Shown here in pieces: positions 10,826-19,075 of a DNA stretch of 64,000 nucleotides. The DNA comes from Deltaproteobacteria bacterium (GTDB lineage: Bacteria > Myxococcota_A > Polyangia > Polyangiales > Houyiibacteriaceae). Positions within the stretch are counted from its first letter, which is position 1, and each line of letters opens with the position of its first letter. The stretch spans positions 1 through 64,000 of the forward strand of contig JAXMNT010000022.1 in NCBI GenBank assembly GCA_034670305.1. Reading direction: 5' to 3'. The notes under the pieces were generated by a model that had not been told where the DNA came from, made no database searches, and was given only the letters and a program-made list of their open reading frames with translations. A program made the translations under genes and the position numbers.

Positions 10826-11527
10826 TCAGTGGGCGGCGGCTTCGCCCCACAACTCGGTCAGCCGCGCGTCGCGTCCGCAGCCGCGGCGGTAGCGCGTGTA
10901 GTGCGCCGGGTTCGTTCGGTAGAAGTCCTGGTGGTAGTCCTCGGCGACCCAGAACTCGTCCGTGGACTCGATGCGCGCTTCGATGGTTTCGCCAAGGGTC
11001 TGACCGGTCGCGGCGATGCTCGCGGTGGCGGCCGCGCGCTGCGCGTCGTCGACCGGGAAGATCGCGGGCCGGTACTGTTCGCCACGGTCGCAGAACTGTC
11101 CGTCGCCGTCGGTCGGATCGATGTTGTGCCAGAACACTTCGAGCAGCGCTTCGTAGGTCACGACGGCCGGATCGTAGAGCACGCGGATCGCTTCGGTGTG
11201 GCCGGTCGAGTGGCTCGAGACCTGGCGGTAGGTCGGGTGTCGTTCGGGTCCGCCGGCGTAGCCCGAGAGCACGGACTCGACGCCGGCGATCGCTTCGAAC
11301 GGCCCTTCCATGCACCAGAAGCATCCGCCCGCGAAGATGGCGACGGCGCGGCCCTCGGGCGGGGCGGGCGCGGCTTCGGTTCCATCGGCCGGTACTTCGG
11401 CTTCGGCGCCGACGGCCGCTTCGTTCGTCGTCGGGTTGGAAGAGGAAGCGCTCTCGTCTTCTCCGCCGCAGGACGAACACGCGGCGAGAAGAAAGAGGCA
11501 GGCGAGCAAGCTGCGCGGGTTGGCCAC
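10826..11527 (-). CDS. msrA: Peptide-methionine (S)-S-oxide reductase MsrA, lipoprotein
   Basis: FAGGCFWCME, SGYAGG, TGHTEA, GQFCDRGEQYR, AEDYHQDFY; lipobox LAAC. GTG at 11527; the longer ORF-track N-terminus is repeat DNA. Confidence 0.96.
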   Translation of the reverse strand: MANPRSLLACLFLLAACSSCGGEDESASSSNPTTNEAAVGAEAEVPADGTEAAPAPPEGRAVAIFAGGCFWCMEGPFEAIAGVESVLSGYAGGPERHPTYRQVSSHSTGHTEAIRVLYDPAVVTYEALLEVFWHNIDPTDGDGQFCDRGEQYRPAIFPVDDAQRAAATASIAATGQTLGETIEARIESTDEFWVAEDYHQDFYRTNPAHYTRYRRGCGRDARLTELWGEAAAH

Positions 11528-11576
11528 GCCCCATCGTACGCGAGGTGGGGGCCGGCCGTTACGCCTCTCGACAGCA

Positions 11577-12037
11577 CAGCGGTCGCGGTAGCGGTCGCGG
11601 AAGCGGGAGCGGAAGCGGAAGCGGAGGCGGAAGCGGAGGCGGAAGCGGAAGCGGAAGCGGAGGCGGAAGCGGAAGCGGAAGCGGAAGCGGAGGCGGTCGC
11701 GGTCGCGGTCGCGGAAGCCGGTTCTGTCGCTGGTGCTGGTTCTGTCGCTGTCTCTGTCGCTGTCGCTGTCTCTGTCGCTGTCGCTGCTTCTGTCGCTGTC
11801 GCTGTTTCTGTCGCTCGTGCTGTTTCTGTCGCTGGTGCTGACTCTGGTTCTGGTTCTGTCGCTGGTTCTGTCGCTGATTCTGCTTCTGATGCCGACTCTG
11901 GTTCTGCTTCTGGCGATGGTGCTGGTCAGGACCTGTTCTGGTTCTGGTGCTCCGGAGGCTTCGGCGGTCGGCTTCAATCGGGCACGGGCACGGGCACGGG
12001 CACGGGCACGGGCACGGGCACGGGCACGGGCACGGGG
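11577..12037. repeat. Intergenic hexamer-periodic tract B: (GCGGAA/GCGGTC)n, (CTGTCG/CTGGTT)n, then (GGGCAC)9
   Basis: Directly visible; nine perfect GGGCAC copies at 11980-12033. Confidence 0.95.
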
Positions 12038-12059
12038 CCCTTTCGTCTTTCGTTCGCCT

Positions 12060-15000
12060 TCAGTCCATGTCGATGCGGGCGACCACCGCTTCGTCGCCTC
12101 GGTCGCGCAGCGGCACCACGTAGTGGCGGACTTGTTCTTGGGCGCTGCCGACGTGGGTGGCGACGGTCAGCGTGACGTACGTCAGCGCGAGCAGGCGGTT
12201 GCCGTTGTTGCCGTAGTACTTGGCGCGCACGGTGTAGACGCCTTCTTCCGCGTCGCGGGCCTGGAAGCGTTCGGGGCCGAAGCCCTGGGTGACGTCGGCC
12301 AGCAGCTCGCCGCCGCTCGGGATGTTGCGGTTGCCGTAGTAGCACTCGTCGCCGCGGGGATCGGTGACCCAGAGATCGATGTCGGTGTTGTCGGTGTTCC
12401 AGGTCATGGTCACGCGCAGGTCGACCTCGGGCACGGTGAGCGAGAGCGCTTGTTGGCGGTCGGCGAGGAACGCCGCGAGTGGACTGCGCGGCGCCTGCCT
12501 TTGCCACGCGCGGGTGAAGAGCGCGTACTCCTCGCGCACGATGTCGACCACGCCGCGGAACCGTCCGTCCCAGTTTCCGGCGAGCACCGCTTCGTAGAGC
12601 ATGGCGGTCAGGCTCGGGCGGCGGGTCCACAGCACGGTCGCGAGATCGCGGTAACTCTGCGGTTCGTAGGGGCGCTTCTCGAGCACGCCGAAAAAGAGCT
12701 CGGCGGCTTCGGCGCGCGCGCCCCAGCTCGAGAGGGTGTAGCCGACGAGGCGCGCGATCTCCGCGTCCGAAGGCGCGTTCTCTACCGCGCTCGAGACGGC
12801 CCGAATCGCGGCGCCGAGTTCGCCCTGCGCACGGCGGCGTTCGCCTTCGGCGCGGTAGTGCTCGGCGTGTTCCGGGTTCGTGTCCATGCTTCGGCGGTAC
12901 CCCCTCGGTGTGTCGCCCGGGCGCACAGCGGGGATGTCTTGGCGGCCGCGCACGAAGTCGATCGGCCGGGTCGACGCGATGCCGGAGAGGGCCGACCACA
13001 CCGAGTCGTCCAAGCGGTGATGCTCCTGCGCGGTGCGCATCGCGCGTGCGAGCCGCTCCCAGGAGGTGCGCGCGGACTGGCGCTGCTGCTGGATGCCGCG
13101 CGCAAGCTCGCCGACCGATCCCGGGTGCTGCCGCTGTTCGTTCTCGAGGGAGTACTGCTCGTATTCGGCGTCGGTCTCGAGCACCAGGAACGAGGTGGCG
13201 CGGCTCGGGACGCGGTAGTGCTGGCTGAGCGCGACCGCGTAGCTTTCGAGGTCTTCGTCGTGGGTCGAGAGCAGGTGTGCGATCGCGATCTCCGCCCAGG
13301 CCCGCGACGCCAAGGTGCCCTGCGGCTGCAAGGTCACCGGATAGCGCAGCGTGCGGGTCTCGCCGCCGACCTTGCCGCGGATCCGGATCTCGGCCGTGCC
13401 TCCACGGGTCAGCTTGCCCGCGATGAGCAGTTCGCCGCCGCGGGTGAGGGTGGCCGCGCCGCCGGCGACCAAGACGTCGTGGGTGGCGGCGGGGGCGCTG
13501 CCCACGCCGACGACGGTGAGCTCTTCGATTTGAAAGCCCGCCGCGTGGTGCGCGGTCGCGCAGGTCGGGACGCTCGCGGTGCTGAGGCAGTTGAAGACGG
13601 CGCCGTCGCCGCTCGTGAGCCGGCGCATGAGATCCGCGTTCTCGGCGCCGAGCCCGGTGCGGTACGCGAAGAAGCGGCTGCGCCAGGGAGAGGCGGCCTG
13701 GTGGCGGCGGATGAGGGTGTCCACGTCGCGTTCGCCCCAGCTCAGTGCGCCGTCGGTCAGTAGGAACACATCGAGCGCGGTGTTGCGCGCGTTGCGCATC
13801 GGCGGGTGTGTGAGCGCGTCGAGGGCGGCGCCGAGGTCGGTCGCGCCCTCGAGCAGGATCTCCCGGAGTGCGTCGAGTGCGCCCTCGCGTCCGTCTTCGT
13901 CGTTCGACATCCAGCGCTGGGAGAGCCATCGGGCGCCGGCGTCGAAGGTGATCACGTTGAAGCGCTGAATGCGCGGCGAGCGCTCGAGAATTTGCTGGAG
14001 CAGCGCGACGTCGATGTTGAAGCGGTCGGCGTTCTCCGAGAGCGAGGTGTCGACCAAGAACACCGCATGTTCGGCGCTGGTGTCGCCCCCAGCGGCCGGG
14101 ATCTGCGCGTCGCCGTGGAGGCGCGCGACGAAGTGCCGTTCGTCCCGTTCGGGGTGCACGCCCGAGAGCACCTCGACCGGTCCGGCCGGTGCGCGAAAAC
14201 GGAACGCGTAGGTGCCGCCCTGCACCGAGCCGGCGAGCCGGTGCGAGAAGTGGTGGCTGCCGTGGGCGGTGCGCGAGGCGACCTCGGCGACGTCGCCGGT
14301 GTAGCGCGCCCGCGGGGTGAGTCGGGCGTCCGCACGGACATCGATGTCGAAGGACTCGACCGTGCCGTTCGGGAGCGGGAAGAGGTACTCGAGTTCGGCG
14401 CCGACGCGGGGCAACGTCTGCTCGTAGCTCACGATGACGCGGTGGAAGCCGTTGGCCTGGATCGGAAACACGCGCGCTTCGAAGGTGTTGGGGGCGACCT
14501 CTTCCACGAGTGCGGGATCGACCTGGCGGCGCGTGACGTTCTCGTAGACCTCGCGTCCGCGCTCCGCTTTCACGATGCGACCGATGCGAAGCTCGCCCCA
14601 GTTCTGAGGATCGATGCTGGCGATGCGCTGGTCGAAACCCTGCTGTTGCTCTTGGAGTTGGCGTTGCGAGCCGAAGAAGTCGGGCGCCTGCTGCGGGCTC
14701 GTGCCGGTGCCCGATCCCAAGAACATCGCGTAGCTCGAGATGCTGGCTTCCGGCGGGAGCGGGTAGCGAAAGGTGCCTTCGATGGTGCGCGCGTGCGGGT
14801 TGTAGAAGATGTGGTCGACGATGGTGCGCGCGCGCAGGCCTTCGACCTGGACGTCGACGCGCACTTTGCGGAGTTCGAGCGTGGCACCGCCTCCGAGCGA
14901 CACCGTGGCGAACCGGCTCTGGTTGCTGACCCGTCGCCAGCTCTGAGCTTCGGGCGCTTGGGCTTGCGCTCCGCCGGCGTCTTCTCCTGCGCCGTCTCCG

Positions 15001-15296
15001 CCTCCTGGGGCGTTGACCGTCTGCACGCTCGGCGAGGCGGTTTGCCTCGAGGAGGGGTCGCGGCGGACGCTCTCGGACTCGGCGTAGCCCGTGGGGGCCG
15101 GCGCGTACGAATCGTCCATGTCGGCCATCGGCTCGCTCGGCGCCATCTCGCCGCCGGAGACATCGCCGCCAGAGACCGCGCCGCCGGATTCTTGGGCACT
15201 CCAGCTGTTCGTCTCAGGGCTGGCGCCGCAGGCCAACAGGGTCAGGAGGAAGAAGGGCGTGAGCCCCCGCCGCGCGCGCTCGGAAGTGTCCAACAT
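12060..15296 (-). CDS. Lipoprotein with VIT, vWA, TPR-like and C-terminal DUF2135/YfaP-like domains
   Basis: Lipobox LLAC; VIT (FYNP..RTIEGTFRYPLP, DPALVE, FEARVFPI); MIDAS VDTSLS, GATDL, LLTDG; C-terminal MTWNTDNTDIDLWVTDP and DVTQGFGPE. Confidence 0.88.
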   Translation of the reverse strand: MLDTSERARRGLTPFFLLTLLACGASPETNSWSAQESGGAVSGGDVSGGEMAPSEPMADMDDSYAPAPTGYAESESVRRDPSSRQTASPSVQTVNAPGGGDGAGEDAGGAQAQAPEAQSWRRVSNQSRFATVSLGGGATLELRKVRVDVQVEGLRARTIVDHIFYNPHARTIEGTFRYPLPPEASISSYAMFLGSGTGTSPQQAPDFFGSQRQLQEQQQGFDQRIASIDPQNWGELRIGRIVKAERGREVYENVTRRQVDPALVEEVAPNTFEARVFPIQANGFHRVIVSYEQTLPRVGAELEYLFPLPNGTVESFDIDVRADARLTPRARYTGDVAEVASRTAHGSHHFSHRLAGSVQGGTYAFRFRAPAGPVEVLSGVHPERDERHFVARLHGDAQIPAAGGDTSAEHAVFLVDTSLSENADRFNIDVALLQQILERSPRIQRFNVITFDAGARWLSQRWMSNDEDGREGALDALREILLEGATDLGAALDALTHPPMRNARNTALDVFLLTDGALSWGERDVDTLIRRHQAASPWRSRFFAYRTGLGAENADLMRRLTSGDGAVFNCLSTASVPTCATAHHAAGFQIEELTVVGVGSAPAATHDVLVAGGAATLTRGGELLIAGKLTRGGTAEIRIRGKVGGETRTLRYPVTLQPQGTLASRAWAEIAIAHLLSTHDEDLESYAVALSQHYRVPSRATSFLVLETDAEYEQYSLENEQRQHPGSVGELARGIQQQRQSARTSWERLARAMRTAQEHHRLDDSVWSALSGIASTRPIDFVRGRQDIPAVRPGDTPRGYRRSMDTNPEHAEHYRAEGERRRAQGELGAAIRAVSSAVENAPSDAEIARLVGYTLSSWGARAEAAELFFGVLEKRPYEPQSYRDLATVLWTRRPSLTAMLYEAVLAGNWDGRFRGVVDIVREEYALFTRAWQRQAPRSPLAAFLADRQQALSLTVPEVDLRVTMTWNTDNTDIDLWVTDPRGDECYYGNRNIPSGGELLADVTQGFGPERFQARDAEEGVYTVRAKYYGNNGNRLLALTYVTLTVATHVGSAQEQVRHYVVPLRDRGDEAVVARIDMD

Positions 15297-15355
15297 GAGG
15301 ACCCAACGCTGCCACGGGACGGGGACTTACAGTTGTTCTCAACGACGCGCGTCGG

Positions 15356-15478
15356 CTATTCGTCTTTCCCTTCGAAGTAGCGGAGGGCGGAGTCGATGCC
15401 GGAGACGACGAGGGATCCGCCGATGGCCCCGCCGAGCGCGAGCGCCCAAGCGAGCAGCATGATTTGGTTGACGTCCAT
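15356..15478 (-). CDS. Small membrane protein, 40 aa (MDVNQIMLLAWALALGGAIGGSLVVSGIDSALRYFEGKDE)
   Basis: Single hydrophobic helix and GC3-rich codons; starts 5 nt after the stop of the upstream small ORF. Confidence 0.55.
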   Translation of the reverse strand: MDVNQIMLLAWALALGGAIGGSLVVSGIDSALRYFEGKDE

Positions 15479-15483
15479 GACGT

Positions 15484-15636
15484 TCAGCGTTCGTCCGGCT
15501 GCTGGTCGAGGCCGATGTCGCCTGCCTGCAGTTCGATGGGAAAATCGGCGTAGTCGAGCCGGAAGGAAGCGATCCAGCTGCGCCAGAGGGTGGTCAGCGT
15601 GGAGAGGCTTCGTGGGGTGGGGGTGGTTGTGGACAT
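15484..15636 (-). CDS. Small protein, 50 aa (MSTTTPTPRSLSTLTTLWRSWIASFRLDYADFPIELQAGDIGLDQQPDER)
   Basis: Strong SD (AAAGGAGG) 5 nt before the ATG; not in the ORF track. Confidence 0.6.
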   Translation of the reverse strand: MSTTTPTPRSLSTLTTLWRSWIASFRLDYADFPIELQAGDIGLDQQPDER

Positions 15637-15907
15637 GACGTCCTCCTTTCGTCCCGCCAAGGCGGGCGTTCGCAGGCTCGGGGCCTGCTCGGGATGACAC
15701 CATCCTGAGGATGATAACGCACCGCGTCAAGAACCGAGGTGCAGATTCTTGGAGGTGCGTCAAACGCGTACGTCCCACCTACATAGGGGCCAAGTGTAGT
15801 TTCGGAGACCTTCGGGTTGACTGGAATAACGCGCTGCGTTAGAAGAAATGACGCAACGACGCGCCGCGTTGGCGGATCGCGTCATTACGGATAGTCAGGA
15901 GTGCCCC

Positions 15908-16486
15908 ATGACCGAAATCGTTCGACGGTTGGATGAGACCCGCAGCCGAGTGCGCGCGGAAAGCGCCCAGTTCCTTGTCCGAACCCGGGAAGCCACCGCG
16001 CTTCTTGGGCAGGACGCCCGCGATGCGGGTCAGGTCTGGTGGAAGAGTGCCCAGCAGGCGTCGTTGGATCTGCGGGGCGGGCTGCAGGCGGAAGCGAGCG
16101 CCCTCGTCGGTGAACTCTCGGACGAGATCGCCGGTCTCACGGCGAAGATCACGGAACTCCGCCCGGCGCCCGCGGCTCCCACCGAGGGACTCGAGCCCAC
16201 CCGGCATCTTCAGCTGGAGCTGCTGGTGCGCCTGAAGCAGGTGCTGGCCACCCTCGACGGCCGCGTCCAGGCCCGGCTGGAGGGTCTGGCGTCTCAGACC
16301 CCGCTGCAGGCGGTGCCGAAAGCGCCGAAACCACCGTTCGCGGGGTACGACGACTGCACCGCCAAGGAGGTCGTGGCGGCGCTCGACGGGTTGAGCGCCA
16401 AGAAGCGCGCGGCGCTGGTGGCCTACGAACGCGCCCACAAGAGCCGCCGCACGGTGTTGCGGGCGGCGGAGCGACTGGCCGCCTGA
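15908..16486 (+). CDS. Helical protein, possibly phasin/lipid-droplet-associated
   Basis: SD CAGGAG; amphipathic helices; C-terminal P(F)AGYDD.TAKEVV..L..L.......L..YER.HK.R.TVL module of the kind seen in granule-associated proteins. Confidence 0.65.
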   Translation: MTEIVRRLDETRSRVRAESAQFLVRTREATALLGQDARDAGQVWWKSAQQASLDLRGGLQAEASALVGELSDEIAGLTAKITELRPAPAAPTEGLEPTRHLQLELLVRLKQVLATLDGRVQARLEGLASQTPLQAVPKAPKPPFAGYDDCTAKEVVAALDGLSAKKRAALVAYERAHKSRRTVLRAAERLAA

Positions 16487-16561
16487 GCCTGATTTCCACA
16501 GAGGTCGAGGGACGAGAGTCCAGTTGACCGGCCTCGGTGGGCGTGTTTCAACCGCACCCAC

Positions 16562-17320
16562 ATGAAGAACGTCCTGTTCGCCACCCTCGTGAACCTGCAG
16601 ACCGGGGGCGACAACCCCGCGGGCAGCCACGCGGCCCTCGATCCCTGGCAGCTCGTCGCCGACGCCAGCACCGTCGTGAAGTCGGTGATGATCATCCTCG
16701 TGCTGATGGGGGTGATCTGCGCCTTCATCATCGGGGCCAAGTCGGTCCGCCTCTTCCAGGCCATGAGCAAGAGCAAGGGTTTCCTCGGCGCCTTCTGGGG
16801 CGGCGAAGAAGGGCCCAACTGGTCGACCGAACGGCTCGAGGGGCTGTACTCCCAGGTGGGTCACTTCACCGGGTCTCCGATCGCCGCGGTCTACAAGGCG
16901 GGGTACGTCGAGCTCGCCCGGGTCATGGGCGCTGCGTCGCCCACCGACGCGGGCGACATCGACAACGTCGAACGTGCGCTCCGCCGCACCGCGACCGCGG
17001 AGATGACCCGCATCGAAGCGTTGCTTCCGTTTCTCGCGACCACGGGTGCAACGGCGCCGTTCATCGGTCTGTTCGGAACGGTGTGGGGCATCATGAACGC
17101 GTTCATCAACATCGGCGCGCAAGCGAGCGCGAGTCTCGACGTCGTCGCGCCGGGCATCGCCGAAGCGCTCATCGCGACCGCCATCGGCCTCGTCGCAGCG
17201 ATCCCCGCCGTCATGGCGTACAACTTCTTCCTCCGCCGCATCAAGGTGCTCGAGAGCGAGCTCGAGACGTTCTCGAACGACTACCTCAACATCGTGCGCC
17301 GGCACTTCTTGAGGAGCTGA
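16562..17320 (+). CDS. tolQ: TolQ/ExbB proton channel protein
   Basis: FLATTGATAPFIGLFGTVWGIM and VVAPGIAEALIATAIGLVAAIPAV. Confidence 0.95.
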   Translation: MKNVLFATLVNLQTGGDNPAGSHAALDPWQLVADASTVVKSVMIILVLMGVICAFIIGAKSVRLFQAMSKSKGFLGAFWGGEEGPNWSTERLEGLYSQVGHFTGSPIAAVYKAGYVELARVMGAASPTDAGDIDNVERALRRTATAEMTRIEALLPFLATTGATAPFIGLFGTVWGIMNAFINIGAQASASLDVVAPGIAEALIATAIGLVAAIPAVMAYNFFLRRIKVLESELETFSNDYLNIVRRHFLRS

Positions 17321-17324
17321 CCCC

Positions 17325-17774
17325 TTGGGTTTTTCGACCGGAGGGGGTGGCCGCGCGCCGCTCGGAGAGATCAACGTCACGCCGCTCGTGGACGTGATGC
17401 TGGTCTTGCTCATCATCTTCATGGTGGCCGCGCCGATGATGGCGACCGGCGTCGAGGTGGACCTGCCCCGCACGCGTGCCCCGCGCATGGAGCTCGACGA
17501 GGAGAAGTTGATCCTCACGATCGACGAGAACCGCGACGTCTGGCTCGGCGAGGAACAGGTCCCGCCCGAGCGTCTCGAAGAGGTGTTGCTCAACAACGCC
17601 CGGCTTCAGGAAGACGACGAGATCTACGTGCGGGCCGATGAATCGGTCCCGTATGGCTTCGTACTCCGGGTTTTCACGATCGTTCGCCAAGCTGGCATCG
17701 AGAAGCTGGGTCTCGTCACCGACCCCGCTGGTGGGGCGGCGCATCCGCCTCAAGGAACCGAACCCGAGCCGTGA
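17325..17774 (+). CDS. tolR: TolR/ExbD protein
   Basis: EINVTPLVDVMLVLLIIFMV, VDLP, RADESVPYG; TTG start. Confidence 0.93.
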   Translation: MGFSTGGGGRAPLGEINVTPLVDVMLVLLIIFMVAAPMMATGVEVDLPRTRAPRMELDEEKLILTIDENRDVWLGEEQVPPERLEEVLLNNARLQEDDEIYVRADESVPYGFVLRVFTIVRQAGIEKLGLVTDPAGGAAHPPQGTEPEP

Positions 17775-18601
17775 CCCATCCCTTCGAAGACGAGCCGCGT
17801 CGTGCGATGCCCGTGGCGGCAGGGGATTGGGTCCCTGCGACCAGCTTCAACACCGACGCGCTCGATGCCCCCTCGATCATCGGTGGGGTGTGCACGAGCA
17901 CGTTGGTCAGTGGGATCCTCTCGCTCTTCGTGGTCGTGTCGGTCGTGTCCTCGGACGACGTGTCCGCGGACGACGCCACGGAGATCGAAGAGCACGAAGT
18001 GGTGGCGGCGCGGTTCGTCAAACTCGGCCGCGACTTCCGCGAAGAACTTCCGAACCGCAACGTACCGCTCAAGTCCACGGCGCCGCCGGACACCACCGCG
18101 ATCTCGAAGGTCCAGCGGGAGCGCCAAGAAGTGCCCGATGCCGGCCCACGGCCGGTGGACCCGATGGACGATCCGCTTCAGCGCCTGGTGGACCGCGCGG
18201 ATCTCTTCGCGGAGCTCGCCGAGGAGCGCGAGCGCGAAGGCAACCCCGAAGGCATCGAAGAGGGCACCGAGACCGAAGCCCAGGCGGGCGACCTGTACGC
18301 GGGCCAGATCTATTCGTTCTTTCGCCGCGGCTGGTCCGTGCCCGAGACGATCGACGCCGAGGCGCTGCGGGATCTGACCGTCGAGGTGACGATCCGGGTC
18401 GGGGAAGACCTCGAGATCGTCTCCGGGACCTTGCGGGGCACGAGCGGGAACGCGGACTTCGACGCGAGCGTGCTCGGCCAGATCGAGCGGTTGCGGTTGA
18501 GCGATGCGACGATTCCAGAGCCACCCATCCTCGTGCGGCCGACGTACGTCGGCAACCCGTTCACGCTGCGCTTCCGCGGCCGCCACGCAGCCCGCGACTA
18601 G
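17771..18601 (+). CDS. TolA/TonB-like energy transducer
   Basis: One TM segment, Pro/acidic linker and a C-terminal TonB_2-like domain (W.VP, SGNADFDASV); follows tolQR. Confidence 0.8.
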   Translation: MTHPFEDEPRRAMPVAAGDWVPATSFNTDALDAPSIIGGVCTSTLVSGILSLFVVVSVVSSDDVSADDATEIEEHEVVAARFVKLGRDFREELPNRNVPLKSTAPPDTTAISKVQRERQEVPDAGPRPVDPMDDPLQRLVDRADLFAELAEEREREGNPEGIEEGTETEAQAGDLYAGQIYSFFRRGWSVPETIDAEALRDLTVEVTIRVGEDLEIVSGTLRGTSGNADFDASVLGQIERLRLSDATIPEPPILVRPTYVGNPFTLRFRGRHAARD

Positions 18602-19075
18602 CAGGCTGCTGAAGAACGCCCGCAGGGCGTTCTCGCAGCCTGCCCCTTGCCCCTGCCCTTGCCTTTGCCCTTGCCCGCGGATCAGCGGTCAGATCGCTTG
18701 ATCAGCGCGACGAGCATCGCGACGACCTGCTCAAGGTGGGCGAGAGCCCGTTCGATATTTCTTGGGGGCACGGCCCCCAAACCCCGTCCGTGACACGGCT
18801 TGCTCGCTTCGCTCGGCTTCGCCGCGTCGAATATCGAGGCAGACGCAAGACACAGTTCGCCGCCTACCTGGCCGGCGCCGCATACAAACTCCTACGCGTC
18901 GCGCGGCTGCGGAGCTGCGCAGCGTAGCACCGACCGATGCCCGGCGGCTTCGTCCGCTGGGCATCGGGCTCCGATTCGCGGCCTCGCCGTCGCGAAACAC
19001 GGCGTCCACGACGCGGGCAAGGGCACGGGCAAGGGCAACGGCAAGGGAGCAGGTCGCTTTTCAGCGACCTGCTAG
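18598..19075. mobile_element. MITE / internally deleted IS (IS5/IS1182-like ends), bounded by CTAG
   Basis: Left end CTAGCAGGCTGCTGAA, right end TTCAGCGACCTGCTAG. Subterminal inverted (TGCCCT)n/(GGGCAA)n blocks; second copy at 1-158. Confidence 0.85.
18796..18927 (+). pseudogene. C-terminal remnant of a DDE transposase inside the MITE
   Basis: LRRVEYRGRRKTQFAAYLAGAAYKLLRVARL resembles the R.RG..K......L...AYNL.R terminus of IS5/IS1182-type transposases. Confidence 0.65.

Noticed and set aside
9660-12037. Tracts A and B as inverted ends of a composite element carrying hsp20-msrA
   Set aside because: Units are complementary but the block order is not mirror-symmetric; no transposase or target duplication is visible.
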